From positions 1,827 to 40,967 of the forward strand of contig DAIQOQ010000001.1 in assembly GCA_036787795.1 (NCBI GenBank): a stretch of DNA of 39,141 bases, written 5' to 3'. The translations under genes and the position numbers were made by a program. Source of the stretch: Paludibacter sp. (lineage in GTDB: Bacteria; Bacteroidota; Bacteroidia; Bacteroidales; Paludibacteraceae). Every line of letters begins with the position of its first letter. Within the stretch, counting starts at the first letter, position 1. The notes under the pieces are model-generated. The model did not search any database and had not been told where the DNA came from. It saw only the letters and a program-made list of their open reading frames with translations. Of this stretch, positions 1 through 8,336 are shown piece by piece.

Positions 1-35
1 AAAGTAAGTAAGAAGCCAATTGAAATTCGTTTCAT
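1..35 (-). CDS. N-terminus of a probable exported protein, truncated by the window edge
   Basis: ATG at 35-33 reads MKRISIGFLLT..., which resembles a signal peptide; it follows an A/T-rich leader. Confidence 0.45.
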   Translation of the reverse strand, partial: MKRISIGFLLT

Positions 36-216
36 GTTTGTTGTTATTTTTGATGAGATATTATCTTTTGTTTATTTTCAAATTGAGTTGAAAATGATTT
101 ATTTGCAAGGACTGACATTGATTGTTTTATTTTGCATTTGAAAATTTCGTAGCTTGTAAGTTTCAATATAAGTAATTAATAATATGTTTTTTGTAGACTA
201 TATTCAGAGAAATAGT

Positions 217-258
217 CTTGTAACTCGTAACTACTTACTTGTAACTACCTACTTACTG
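217..258. repeat. Degenerate heptanucleotide tandem tract (CTTGTAA/CTCGTAA/CTACTTA)
   Basis: Six 7-nt units read directly; 217-232 is the exact reverse complement of 18450-18465. Confidence 0.8.
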
Positions 259-279
259 CTGATAGTCTTTTTCTAAATG

Positions 280-1179
280 CTATTTTTCAAATTTAAAAGA
301 AAAACTCCCAACGCGATTTCCATCAATAAAAAATTCGGCGCGATAATTTCCCTTTGGTAAAATTTCACCAATTTTCCAATAAATAACATCGCTTTTGGCA
401 TCACCAGTAAATTCAAAATGTTTACTTGCTGAGTAGGCTATATTTTTATTTTCATATGGAAATACGTTACCTGGGCTTTTAGTCAATACATCATCATCCG
501 GACGGGTAATTCGCAAATAAACTGTTTTTTCACCCGGTTGTGCAGTGATATTTTTAGCAACTGTATAGTTGAATTGCAAACTGGCCGTTTGCGAGAACCA
601 ACCTGTCTTTTTCCCTTTACTGTTGAGTGGTGTCATGCTGAAATTAATGACTTCCAGGATTGCAGCCCGGTTGACAACCTGATTAAGCGACTCTTTATCT
701 TTCGATAACTGTTGAACAGTTTCTGTTGCTGCCTGATATTTCTTATGCACTTCTACATTCTCGGTTCTTAGTACTTTATTTGCCGAATTTAATGAGTCAA
801 TCTGATTTACATATTGAATCATTACTTTTCGTACAGTAGCTAATTCTTGTTTCAATTGAGCGATACGTCTTGCATTTGTCGACTTTGTTACACGTAATTC
901 GTCCAATAATTGTTGAACCTTTGTTTTTTGATTGTCAAGTAACTTTACAAGCGAGTCATTTTTAATGTTTGAAGTATAACCTCCAAACTCTTGATTTATG
1001 TTGGAATATTCTTTTTCTACTTGTTGTTTTTCAAAGTTCATTTGTTCAACAACCTCAGCCATTTCAGCATCTTTTTGATTTGCCTTTCGTACAAAATATA
1101 CCACGGCAATTCCCAAAGCAATAATTATAATTGTTGCTGCTGTTATAATTATAAAATTTTTTCGTTTAATAGGATCCAT
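280..1179 (-). CDS. Membrane-anchored coiled-coil protein with a C-terminal beta-rich domain (conserved hypothetical)
   Basis: N-terminal TM helix (FIIITAATIIIIALGIAVVYFV), about 140 aa of coiled coil, beta-rich C-terminus (GNYRAEFFIDG). ATG 1179 preferred over TTG 1188. Confidence 0.8.
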   Translation of the reverse strand: MDPIKRKNFIIITAATIIIIALGIAVVYFVRKANQKDAEMAEVVEQMNFEKQQVEKEYSNINQEFGGYTSNIKNDSLVKLLDNQKTKVQQLLDELRVTKSTNARRIAQLKQELATVRKVMIQYVNQIDSLNSANKVLRTENVEVHKKYQAATETVQQLSKDKESLNQVVNRAAILEVINFSMTPLNSKGKKTGWFSQTASLQFNYTVAKNITAQPGEKTVYLRITRPDDDVLTKSPGNVFPYENKNIAYSASKHFEFTGDAKSDVIYWKIGEILPKGNYRAEFFIDGNRVGSFSFKFEK

Positions 1180-1191
1180 AATTATCAATTA

Positions 1192-2502
1192 TTAAAGTAC
1201 AGTTAGTATGTTTTCGAGCTTGATGCCCCTCGAACCTTTAATTAGTACATACTCATTTCTGACAGGGTATTCTTTTAGATGGTTTATAAGTTCATTCACA
1301 TCTTTAAAGTGCATAAAGTGGCTGCGAGTTTTCCCAAACTCACTTCCAACCAACAAAACGTTCACCAGCTTATTTTGTTGTAATAAGTCAATTATGTTCT
1401 GATGTTCAATTGTACTTTGTTCGCCGAGTTCAAGCATGTCGCCTAAAATAAGAGTTTTAGCTTTTACATCCATTTGAGCAAAATTCAAAATGGCTGCCTG
1501 CATACTCGTTGGATTTGCATTGTACGCATCGACGACTAACTTATTGAATTTTGTGATGGTTAATTGTGAACGGTTGTTTTGAGGCATGTATTGCTCAAGA
1601 CCTGCCTTTATTTGTTCATTAGTTAGCCCAAAATATTTACCGATAGCTACTGCTGCCAATACATTCTCCGCATTATAGATCCCAACTAAGTTGGTGCTAA
1701 CTTCGAATGACCGTGACTGACCATCGGTAGTGCATTGCATTTTCAGAAATGGAGAACATGCTGTTGTTTGTCCTAAAACAAAAGTATCTTTCTTTTTCTG
1801 ATCGAAACTATAGGTACAAACATTTGTTTGCCCGATTGCAAAACCTGTTTTCCCCGCCATTTCTATTAAGTTGGCATTATCTTTATTTATAAAGATTGCT
1901 TTTCCGTAGTTGAATATATTTTGATAAAGTTCTGATTTTGTTCTTTTCACCCCTTCGAATGATCCAAAACCTTCGAGATGAGCTTTCCCCACGTTTGTAA
2001 TTATACCGTAATCAGGCGCCGCTATTTCAGCCAGAGTCTTGATCTCGCCTGGATGATTTGCTCCCATTTCGATTATCGCAATTTCATGCTCTGGTTTTAA
2101 TTGCAGTAAGGTGAGAGGGACACCAATGTGATTGTTCAGATTTCCCTGAGTGAAGAGGATGTTGTATTTTTCTTCAAGTGTTGCAGCAATTAGCTCTTTA
2201 GTGGTGGTTTTTCCATTGGTTCCGGTAATTCCGATGATTTTTGTTCCTAGTTGTTTCCGGTGGTAAGCAGCCAATTGCTGTAAAGTATCTAATGTGTTTT
2301 CTACTAATATAAAACGATCATCAATAGCATACTCAGCTTCGTCAACAACTGCTAAAGCGCAACCTTTTTCAAGAGCCGAAAGCGCAAATGCATTCGCATT
2401 GAAATTTTCCCCCTTTAATGCAAAAAAAAGCGAGTTGGTCGGACAGATGCGACTGTCTGTACAAATTGTGGAATGTTGGAGGTATATCTGGTAAAGTTGC
2501 AT
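1192..2502 (-). CDS. murF: UDP-N-acetylmuramoyl-tripeptide--D-alanyl-D-alanine ligase
   Basis: TDSR, LFFALKGENF, GITGTNGKTTTKE P-loop, GNLNNHIGVP, EMGANHPGEI, DAYNANPTSM, LGDMLELG, KGSRG. Confidence 0.97.
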   Translation of the reverse strand: MQLYQIYLQHSTICTDSRICPTNSLFFALKGENFNANAFALSALEKGCALAVVDEAEYAIDDRFILVENTLDTLQQLAAYHRKQLGTKIIGITGTNGKTTTKELIAATLEEKYNILFTQGNLNNHIGVPLTLLQLKPEHEIAIIEMGANHPGEIKTLAEIAAPDYGIITNVGKAHLEGFGSFEGVKRTKSELYQNIFNYGKAIFINKDNANLIEMAGKTGFAIGQTNVCTYSFDQKKKDTFVLGQTTACSPFLKMQCTTDGQSRSFEVSTNLVGIYNAENVLAAVAIGKYFGLTNEQIKAGLEQYMPQNNRSQLTITKFNKLVVDAYNANPTSMQAAILNFAQMDVKAKTLILGDMLELGEQSTIEHQNIIDLLQQNKLVNVLLVGSEFGKTRSHFMHFKDVNELINHLKEYPVRNEYVLIKGSRGIKLENILTVL

Positions 2503-2532
2503 TTCAAAGGTAAGTTTGGACTTAATTTGCTA

Positions 2533-2540
2533 CAAAAATA
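2533..2540 (-). promoter_or_regulatory. Bacteroidetes sigma-A -7 element (TATTTTTG) for murF
   Basis: Matches TAnnTTTG about 30 nt upstream of the start codon. Confidence 0.5.
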
Positions 2541-2655
2541 ATCATTATCCCATAATTTAACGTCATACTAATCAATTAATAATTAATAATGAACGATTAA
2601 TAATTCTAATTAGGTTTAAATAAAGATTTTATACGTGATTTATTACTGTTTTTTG

Positions 2656-2696
2656 AAAAAAAAATGACTAAATCCATAGAGCGGGTTTAGTCATTT
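2656..2696 (-). terminator. Intrinsic terminator downstream of the beta-barrel gene
   Basis: AAATGACTAAATCC / GGGTTTAGTCATTT stem followed by a U-run on the minus strand. Confidence 0.75.
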
Positions 2697-2714
2697 CCTG
2701 CAATATTATTTCTT

Positions 2715-3368
2715 TTAAAAGTCGTATGCAAAAGAAATATACAATCCTTTTTGGTATATGTTCCCCGAGCTTGTTTTGTTTAGATTGTTTAAGCCCCAAT
2801 CGTACCCTGCTTTAACCTGATATTTTTTCCACTGAACACCACCACCAACTCCAATTTGTAGATTCAATCTGTTTAATTGATAATCAGCGTCTGATCCGCC
2901 ATATAAGTCGATTGAACGGGGTTGTATGTACAATGAACTTGTAGTAGGATAAGTTAGAGTTGAAGTAATCTTCATATTTTGAAATAATCCTATGTTTAAG
3001 TTAGGTCCAGCAAATCCAAAAACTTTGAGAGTCTTGGACATTGGAAGTGTATACATTAACCGAACCGGAATATCTAGGGAATGCCCGGTTGAATGGTACT
3101 TGACGCTAGCATCGCTTGGATAACCCTGAATTTTATCTGAGTACACAAAGTTATAAAGTGCACCAGTAAGTAAACTAAAGTTGTTTTTTAGTTTGAATTC
3201 AGCGCTCCCTCCAAATTTTATTCCGTCAAAATACGTAGGGGAACTTACACCAGAGCCGTACCGCTTAGGGTTGTTATAACCGATTTCTAAGCGGTAAGTC
3301 TGAGCATTTGCAATACAAACTACTACTAATAGAGTGATAACTAAATAGATTCTTAATGCTGGTTTCAT
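2715..3368 (-). CDS. Outer-membrane beta-barrel protein (porin/PorT-like family)
   Basis: Signal peptide ending ANA-Q, amphipathic strands, FAGPNLNIG, C-terminal YISFAYDF. Confidence 0.85.
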   Translation of the reverse strand: MKPALRIYLVITLLVVVCIANAQTYRLEIGYNNPKRYGSGVSSPTYFDGIKFGGSAEFKLKNNFSLLTGALYNFVYSDKIQGYPSDASVKYHSTGHSLDIPVRLMYTLPMSKTLKVFGFAGPNLNIGLFQNMKITSTLTYPTTSSLYIQPRSIDLYGGSDADYQLNRLNLQIGVGGGVQWKKYQVKAGYDWGLNNLNKTSSGNIYQKGLYISFAYDF

Positions 3369-3404
3369 GTTGTTGACGTAAAATTATATAATTTCTTTCG
3401 GTAG

Positions 3405-3412
3405 CAAAGATA
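3405..3412 (-). promoter_or_regulatory. -7 element (TATCTTTG) for the beta-barrel gene
   Basis: TAnnTTTG match 37 nt upstream of the ATG. Confidence 0.55.
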
Positions 3413-3508
3413 GATTTTTTTCAGCATTTAAATGCTATAATTAGGGCATGTATGTCATTACATTATCTGTTTTTAACGCGTAAGGGCACTAATTATTAAT
3501 TTTTTTAG

Positions 3509-3547
3509 AAAAAAAGACGTTTAGCAAATGTGTTGGCTAAACGTCTT
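3509..3547 (-). terminator. Intrinsic terminator of tmRNA
   Basis: Perfect 12-bp stem AAGACGTTTAGC / GCTAAACGTCTT plus U-run, immediately 3' of ssrA. Confidence 0.85.
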
Positions 3548-3557
3548 GGTTTTTTTG

Positions 3558-3950
3558 TGGAGCTGGAGGGAGTCGAACCCTCGTCCAAACAAGGAAATAA
3601 TAAGCTTTCTACATGTTTATCTTCGCTTAGATTTTCGTGCGTAAGCAAGACCAAAGCCACCAACCTACACCTTATCCTTTTTATTTCATCACGCCTCCAA
3701 GGCTAAGCGTGACTATCTTCGATTTATCCGCATCTCCTAATCATTGGCCTCGAAGCGACGGCCGCCGGGAAATGTCTCGTTTCAATACCTAGTATCGAAA
3801 TTAAGCTTATCTACTGTGATTCGATTAAGCAGCAAGAGCGTAGTTATTTTCGCCAGTTATAATTTTGAGACTCTGGATTTACGAGCTGTTTTCTCAAAGC
3901 TCGACATGCTTACATATCAGTTCTACCTGCTGTCAAAACCAAACAGCCCC
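3558..3950 (-). ncRNA. ssrA: tmRNA (SsrA); tag peptide (A)GENNYALAA at 3854-3825
   Basis: 5' end GGGGCTGTTTGGTTTTGACAG; 3' T-arm and acceptor GAGGGTTCGACTCCCTCCAGCTCCA; internal reading frame GGC GAA AAT AAC TAC GCT CTT GCT GCT TAA. The full CCA end is not encoded. Confidence 0.97.
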
Positions 3951-3956
3951 TTTTTT

Positions 3957-4009
3957 TAGTTGATAGTTGTCAGTTGATAGTTGACAGTTTCGCTATCAAC
4001 TATCAACTA
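3957..4009. repeat. AGTTGAT heptamer tract with inverted copies (hairpin)
   Basis: AGTTGAT AGTTGTC AGTTGAT AGTTGAC ... ATCAACT ATCAACT. Confidence 0.8.
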
Positions 4010-4020
4010 GTAACTTTGAA

Positions 4021-5541
4021 CTATTTTGCGTAACTTACCGCTCTCGTTTCTCTGATAACGGTAATTTTTACTTGACCCGGATAAGTCATCTCATCTTGTA
4101 TCTTCTTTGCAATATCGAAAGATAACAATTCTGTTTCTTTATCATCTATCTTGTCAGCTCCTACAATTACGCGTAATTCGCGTCCTGCCTGAATGGCATA
4201 TGTTTTAAGTACGCCAGGGTAAGATAGTGCCAAATTTTCCAGATCGTTCAATCGTTTAATATAAGCTTCTACAATCTCGCGACGTGCCCCAGGACGTGCC
4301 CCGGAGATAGCATCACATACCTGAACTATAGGTGCAATAAGCGTTTCCATTTCCACTTCATCGTGGTGAGCGCCGATAGCGTTGCAAATATCCGGTTTTT
4401 CTTTGTACTTCTCTGCAAGTCTCATGCCAAGAATTGCATGTGGTAATTCTGGCTCGTCGTCCGGCACCTTTCCAATGTCGTGTAAGAGTCCGGCTCGTTT
4501 CGCTTTTTTGGGGTTTAATCCGAGCTCTGAAGCCATCGTTGCACAAAGGTTTGCTGTTTCCCGTGAGTGTTGTAATAAGTTTTGTCCGTATGATGAACGG
4601 TATTTCATTTTACCAACCATACGAATCAATTCCGGATGTAATCCATGAATACCTAAGTCGATAGTAGTTCGTTTTCCAATTTCAACAATTTCTTCTTCCA
4701 CCTGTTTGCGAACCTTGTTTACGACTTCTTCAATACGAGCGGGATGAATACGTCCGTCGGTAACCAGTTGGTGAAGTGATAAACGTGCTATTTCGCGACG
4801 AACTGGATCGAAGGCTGAAAGTACGATAGCTTCAGGGGTGTCATCAACAATAATTTCAACACCTGTTGCAGCTTCTAATGCCCGAATATTTCGTCCTTCG
4901 CGCCCAATAATGCGTCCTTTTATTTCGTCCGATTCGATATGGAATACGGTCACTGAATTCTCAATGGCTGTTTCGGTAGCGACGCGTTGGATGCTTTGCA
5001 CAACAATCTTTTTCGCCTCCTTATTAGCAGTCATTTTCGCTTCTTCCATGATGTCGTTTACATACGACATGGCTTCTGTTTTGGCTTCTTCTTTCAATGC
5101 TTCAATGAGGCGTTCTTTTGCCTGATCAGCTGATAGACCTGAAATTGTCTCAAGTTCTACCTGAGCCTGACGATGTAAATGTTCCAGTTCTTTTTTCTTT
5201 GACTCTACGCTTCCTAGTTGCAACTCGAAATGTTCCTTCTGAGCTTCGATTTCGTTTATTTTTCGTTGCACATCTCCTTGTTTCTGGCTCAGTTGCATCT
5301 CTTTTTGTTGCAATCTGACTTCAACCACCTGTATTTTTGCATTACGTTCCTGTACTTGTTGCTCGTGCTCGGCTTTTAATGCAATAAATTTCTCTTTTGC
5401 TTCAATAAGCTTATTTTTCTTGAGTAACTCAGCTTCAGCCTCAGCTTCTTGTATTGCTCTTTTGTTGACAAAGCGGAGTAAGACAAATGTCCCACCGGCT
5501 CCAGCAATCAATGCAATCAATCCTATTATTATGTTTTCCAT
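4021..5541 (-). CDS. rny: Ribonuclease Y
   Basis: N-terminal TM, coiled coil, KH domain ([13 protein letters not shown]), HD domain (GLLHDIGK), C-terminal [15 protein letters not shown]. Confidence 0.97.
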   Translation of the reverse strand: MENIIIGLIALIAGAGGTFVLLRFVNKRAIQEAEAEAELLKKNKLIEAKEKFIALKAEHEQQVQERNAKIQVVEVRLQQKEMQLSQKQGDVQRKINEIEAQKEHFELQLGSVESKKKELEHLHRQAQVELETISGLSADQAKERLIEALKEEAKTEAMSYVNDIMEEAKMTANKEAKKIVVQSIQRVATETAIENSVTVFHIESDEIKGRIIGREGRNIRALEAATGVEIIVDDTPEAIVLSAFDPVRREIARLSLHQLVTDGRIHPARIEEVVNKVRKQVEEEIVEIGKRTTIDLGIHGLHPELIRMVGKMKYRSSYGQNLLQHSRETANLCATMASELGLNPKKAKRAGLLHDIGKVPDDEPELPHAILGMRLAEKYKEKPDICNAIGAHHDEVEMETLIAPIVQVCDAISGARPGARREIVEAYIKRLNDLENLALSYPGVLKTYAIQAGRELRVIVGADKIDDKETELLSFDIAKKIQDEMTYPGQVKITVIRETRAVSYAK

Positions 5542-5608
5542 TTTATGGGTTTAATGAATGTAAGTAATAAAATATAATTTAGTTAGTTTTATTTTGATTT
5601 GTAATAAT

Positions 5609-5676
5609 AAAAAACGCATTGCATCGAAAAGAGTAAAATCCTTTATTGTAAAGAATTTTCTGATCAATGTAATGCG
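5609..5676 (-). ncRNA. Structured RNA candidate between zapA and rny (short 6S-like rod or attenuator)
   Basis: 13-bp outer stem 5615-5627/5664-5676, internal loop, 11-bp inner stem 5635-5645/5649-5659, then U6 on the minus strand. Confidence 0.4.
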
Positions 5677-5698
5677 GAAAATAATGTTAGAAACGATT

Positions 5699-5992
5699 TT
5701 ATTCTCTCGAAAGCAATGCTTTCAATTCCTGATCAAGAGATTGAATTTTTTCGGCTAAAGGAACTATGTTCTCGGCAAATTCTTGCTTTGACACCATAAC
5801 TGCTAATTGATATGCTACCAAAATAAGGATTTCTTCTGTCGGCCGTTGACTGAATTTCTGCTGGTAGTCATCTAAAAATTTTACCAGTAGCTTCTCTGCT
5901 TTACGGTACAGTTCCTCGTCTTTGCGAGCAATACGTAGAGGTAATCTTAAACCTCCAATTTGCACATTTATTAAAAAAATATCGTCTTTCAT
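5699..5992 (-). CDS. zapA: Cell division protein ZapA
   Basis: 97 aa, INVQIGGLRLPLRI..EELYRKA pattern, C-terminal coiled coil, position upstream of rny. Confidence 0.85.
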   Translation of the reverse strand: MKDDIFLINVQIGGLRLPLRIARKDEELYRKAEKLLVKFLDDYQQKFSQRPTEEILILVAYQLAVMVSKQEFAENIVPLAEKIQSLDQELKALLSRE

Positions 5993-5997
5993 AAGCT

Positions 5998-6291
5998 CTA
6001 TTCATCTAAAAGAGCTAAACATTTGTCTATTTCCCGCACCATTTTAGCTATTTGTTGCTTAGATTCGGCTCTCTCTGTTTCAGATCTCCCCAAGTTTCTT
6101 GCTGTTTGTAAATGGTCGTAATTTTTTCGAAGTTCCAAAACTTCTTGATGAGCATGCATTAAATCGGTTTGTTTTCGCTCTAATTCATCCTTTAATAGGG
6201 AGTTCTGCTCTTGCAATGATTTGTACTCCGAAATTAATTTTCGCAGTCTTGTTTCAAATGCGTGTATAAGTTCTTCGTAGCGGTTTGTCAT
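5998..6291 (-). CDS. ZapB-like coiled-coil protein
   Basis: All-helical 97 aa ending MVREIDKCLALL, directly upstream of zapA. Confidence 0.75.
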   Translation of the reverse strand: MTNRYEELIHAFETRLRKLISEYKSLQEQNSLLKDELERKQTDLMHAHQEVLELRKNYDHLQTARNLGRSETERAESKQQIAKMVREIDKCLALLDE

Positions 6292-6309
6292 TTCTCAAAA
6301 AAATCTACA

Positions 6310-6317
6310 CAAAAATA
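6310..6317 (-). promoter_or_regulatory. -7 element (TATTTTTG) for the zapB-zapA-rny unit
   Basis: TAnnTTTG match 19 nt upstream of the ATG. Confidence 0.5.
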
Positions 6318-6372
6318 CTCTTTTGCTTTGAATTAATAAAATGTTTTCTCCTTTTTTCGATAAAATATAAAT

Positions 6373-8064
6373 TTACCTATCTCGTTTTGATATTTCTTTG
6401 AGCAGTTCTTCGGCTCTTGCAAGTGCTTTGTTTATATCACTACAAACATTACCTGAGCCTAATAATTCTTCAATGCCGTTTTGGTTCAGCACGGCATGTA
6501 CCTTCTCATTTACACCCGAAAGAAGTATCTGGATTTTCTCTTTTTGTGCCGATTGAATCAGATTCTGCAGGTTGTGTGCACCGGTGGAGTCTATGAACGG
6601 AACTTTACGCATACGGATAATTTGAACCTTCGGTCTGTCACCAATCACTTTCATGGTTTCTTCAAATTTGTTTGCAACACCAAAAAAGAAAGGACCTTCA
6701 ATTTCATAAACTTCCACTCCTGTGGGCAAGTGTAGTTTCTCCGTGTCAGTACTTCCTTCCACATACTCCGCTTCATCAATATCTTCTTTGAAGATGGAGA
6801 TGGAAGATGTTTCGGAGATTCGACGGATGAATAATAGAACGGCCAAAAGTAAGCCTACTTCAATGGCGATAGTCAGATCGAAAATAACTGTCAGCGCAAA
6901 GGTGGTGAGCAGTACGGCTACATCCGACTTTGGATTTTTCATCAATGCCTTGAATGTACGCCATTCACTCATGTTATAAGATACAACGACCAGTACACCT
7001 GCTAGGCAGGCCATTGGAATGTGTTTAGTAAGTCCACCGAGAAACAGAAGAATAAGTGCCAGCACTACGGCATGGATAATACCTGCTATAGGTGTTCGTC
7101 CGCCGTTGTTAATGTTGGTCATGGTACGTGCAATGGCTCCGGTAGCCGGAATTCCTCCGAAAATAGGCACTACCATGTTGGCAATTCCTTGAGCAATTAG
7201 CTCGGTGTTTGAGTCGTGTTTATCTCCTATCACACCATCGGCAACAGTTGCAGAGAGCAATGATTCAATGGCACCCAACATGGCAATGGTAAAAGCCGTT
7301 GGAAGTAATGTTTTAATGGCAGCAAAATTGATTTCCGGTGCTACCGGACTTGGCAGGGATGGGTCGATAGTAAACCGATCGCCAATGGTTTCGATCCCTT
7401 GTATGCCAAATTTATTGCGCAAGAAGTAGACAATCACCGTCAGTACAATGATGGCAATAAGCGATCCGGGTATTTTTTTAGAGAACTTTGGAGTTATAGC
7501 TATAATGACGATGGAGAGTATGCCAACTCCTACCGCCCATGGATTAATGGTATTGATGAACTGTCCATAAGTGATCCATTTATGAATAAAGTCGGCGGGT
7601 ACTTTGGCGATATGCATTCCAAACAGATCTTTTACCTGAGTGGCAAAGATGGTGAGCGCTATACCGCTCGTAAACCCGACAACTACCGGGAACGGAATGA
7701 ATTTAATAACGCTTCCGAGTTTGAAAATTCCCATGGCAATAAGCATTACGCCCGCTATCATAGTTGCAATAGCTAGTCCGGCGACGCCAAATTCCTGCAC
7801 AATGCCATAAATAATAACGATAAAGGCACCGGTAGGGCCCCCGATCTGAACTTTGCTACCTCCCAGAACAGAAATGATAAAACCCGCAATGATGGCTGTG
7901 AATAAACCTTTTTCAGGAGTTACGCCCGATGCAATACCAAATGCAATGGCCAGTGGTAAAGCCACAATACCTACAATGACTCCGGACATTAAGTCGGCAT
8001 AAAACTGTTCTTTGTTGTAGGTCTTAAGTGTACTTAGTAATTTGGGTTGAAATTGAATCTTCAT
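6373..8064 (-). CDS. sulP: SulP/SLC26 family anion permease with STAS domain
   Basis: GVIVGIVALPLAIAFG, GGSKVQIGGPTG, ATGAIART, STAS motifs GPFFFG and VPFIDSTG. Confidence 0.95.
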   Translation of the reverse strand: MKIQFQPKLLSTLKTYNKEQFYADLMSGVIVGIVALPLAIAFGIASGVTPEKGLFTAIIAGFIISVLGGSKVQIGGPTGAFIVIIYGIVQEFGVAGLAIATMIAGVMLIAMGIFKLGSVIKFIPFPVVVGFTSGIALTIFATQVKDLFGMHIAKVPADFIHKWITYGQFINTINPWAVGVGILSIVIIAITPKFSKKIPGSLIAIIVLTVIVYFLRNKFGIQGIETIGDRFTIDPSLPSPVAPEINFAAIKTLLPTAFTIAMLGAIESLLSATVADGVIGDKHDSNTELIAQGIANMVVPIFGGIPATGAIARTMTNINNGGRTPIAGIIHAVVLALILLFLGGLTKHIPMACLAGVLVVVSYNMSEWRTFKALMKNPKSDVAVLLTTFALTVIFDLTIAIEVGLLLAVLLFIRRISETSSISIFKEDIDEAEYVEGSTDTEKLHLPTGVEVYEIEGPFFFGVANKFEETMKVIGDRPKVQIIRMRKVPFIDSTGAHNLQNLIQSAQKEKIQILLSGVNEKVHAVLNQNGIEELLGSGNVCSDINKALARAEELLKEISKRDR

Positions 8065-8090
8065 ATTTTGGTTAGTCTTGTAAACGGTTG

Positions 8091-8098
8091 CAAAGGTA
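8091..8098 (-). promoter_or_regulatory. -7 element (TACCTTTG) for sulP
   Basis: TAnnTTTGCA 27 nt upstream of the ATG. Confidence 0.6.
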
Positions 8099-8280
8099 CG
8101 CTTTTCGCTTAAAAGAGCCTAAAGAATAGTGACTTTTATGAGGATTGATCTGTTATTTAATTATTAGTTATCAGCTAATTTGCATATTTGTCCGGCTATT
8201 TCTTCCTCTTTTTTGTTGGTAGATTGGCTTGTTTGTAAATAACTTTTTTCTTTGTTCTGTGTTAGATAGTCTAAAATGTG

Positions 8281-8288
8281 TAATTTTG
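8281..8288 (+). promoter_or_regulatory. -7 element (TAATTTTG) for ispG
   Basis: TAnnTTTG match about 50 nt upstream of the ATG. Confidence 0.45.
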
Positions 8289-8336
8289 TGCTTGATTACT
8301 TAATTGCTTTTCAAGCTCACAACTTCTAACTAAAAT

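Noticed and set aside
2715..3560. Genomic island integrated at the tmRNA 3' end
   Set aside because: No integrase, no duplicated ssrA 3' fragment seen, and murF follows closely.
3744..3959. 71-aa plus-strand ORF
   Set aside because: It is antisense to tmRNA; a shadow ORF.
4011..4018. Plus-strand TAACTTTG as an antisense promoter to rny
   Set aside because: A single 8-mer match in AT-rich DNA with no other support.
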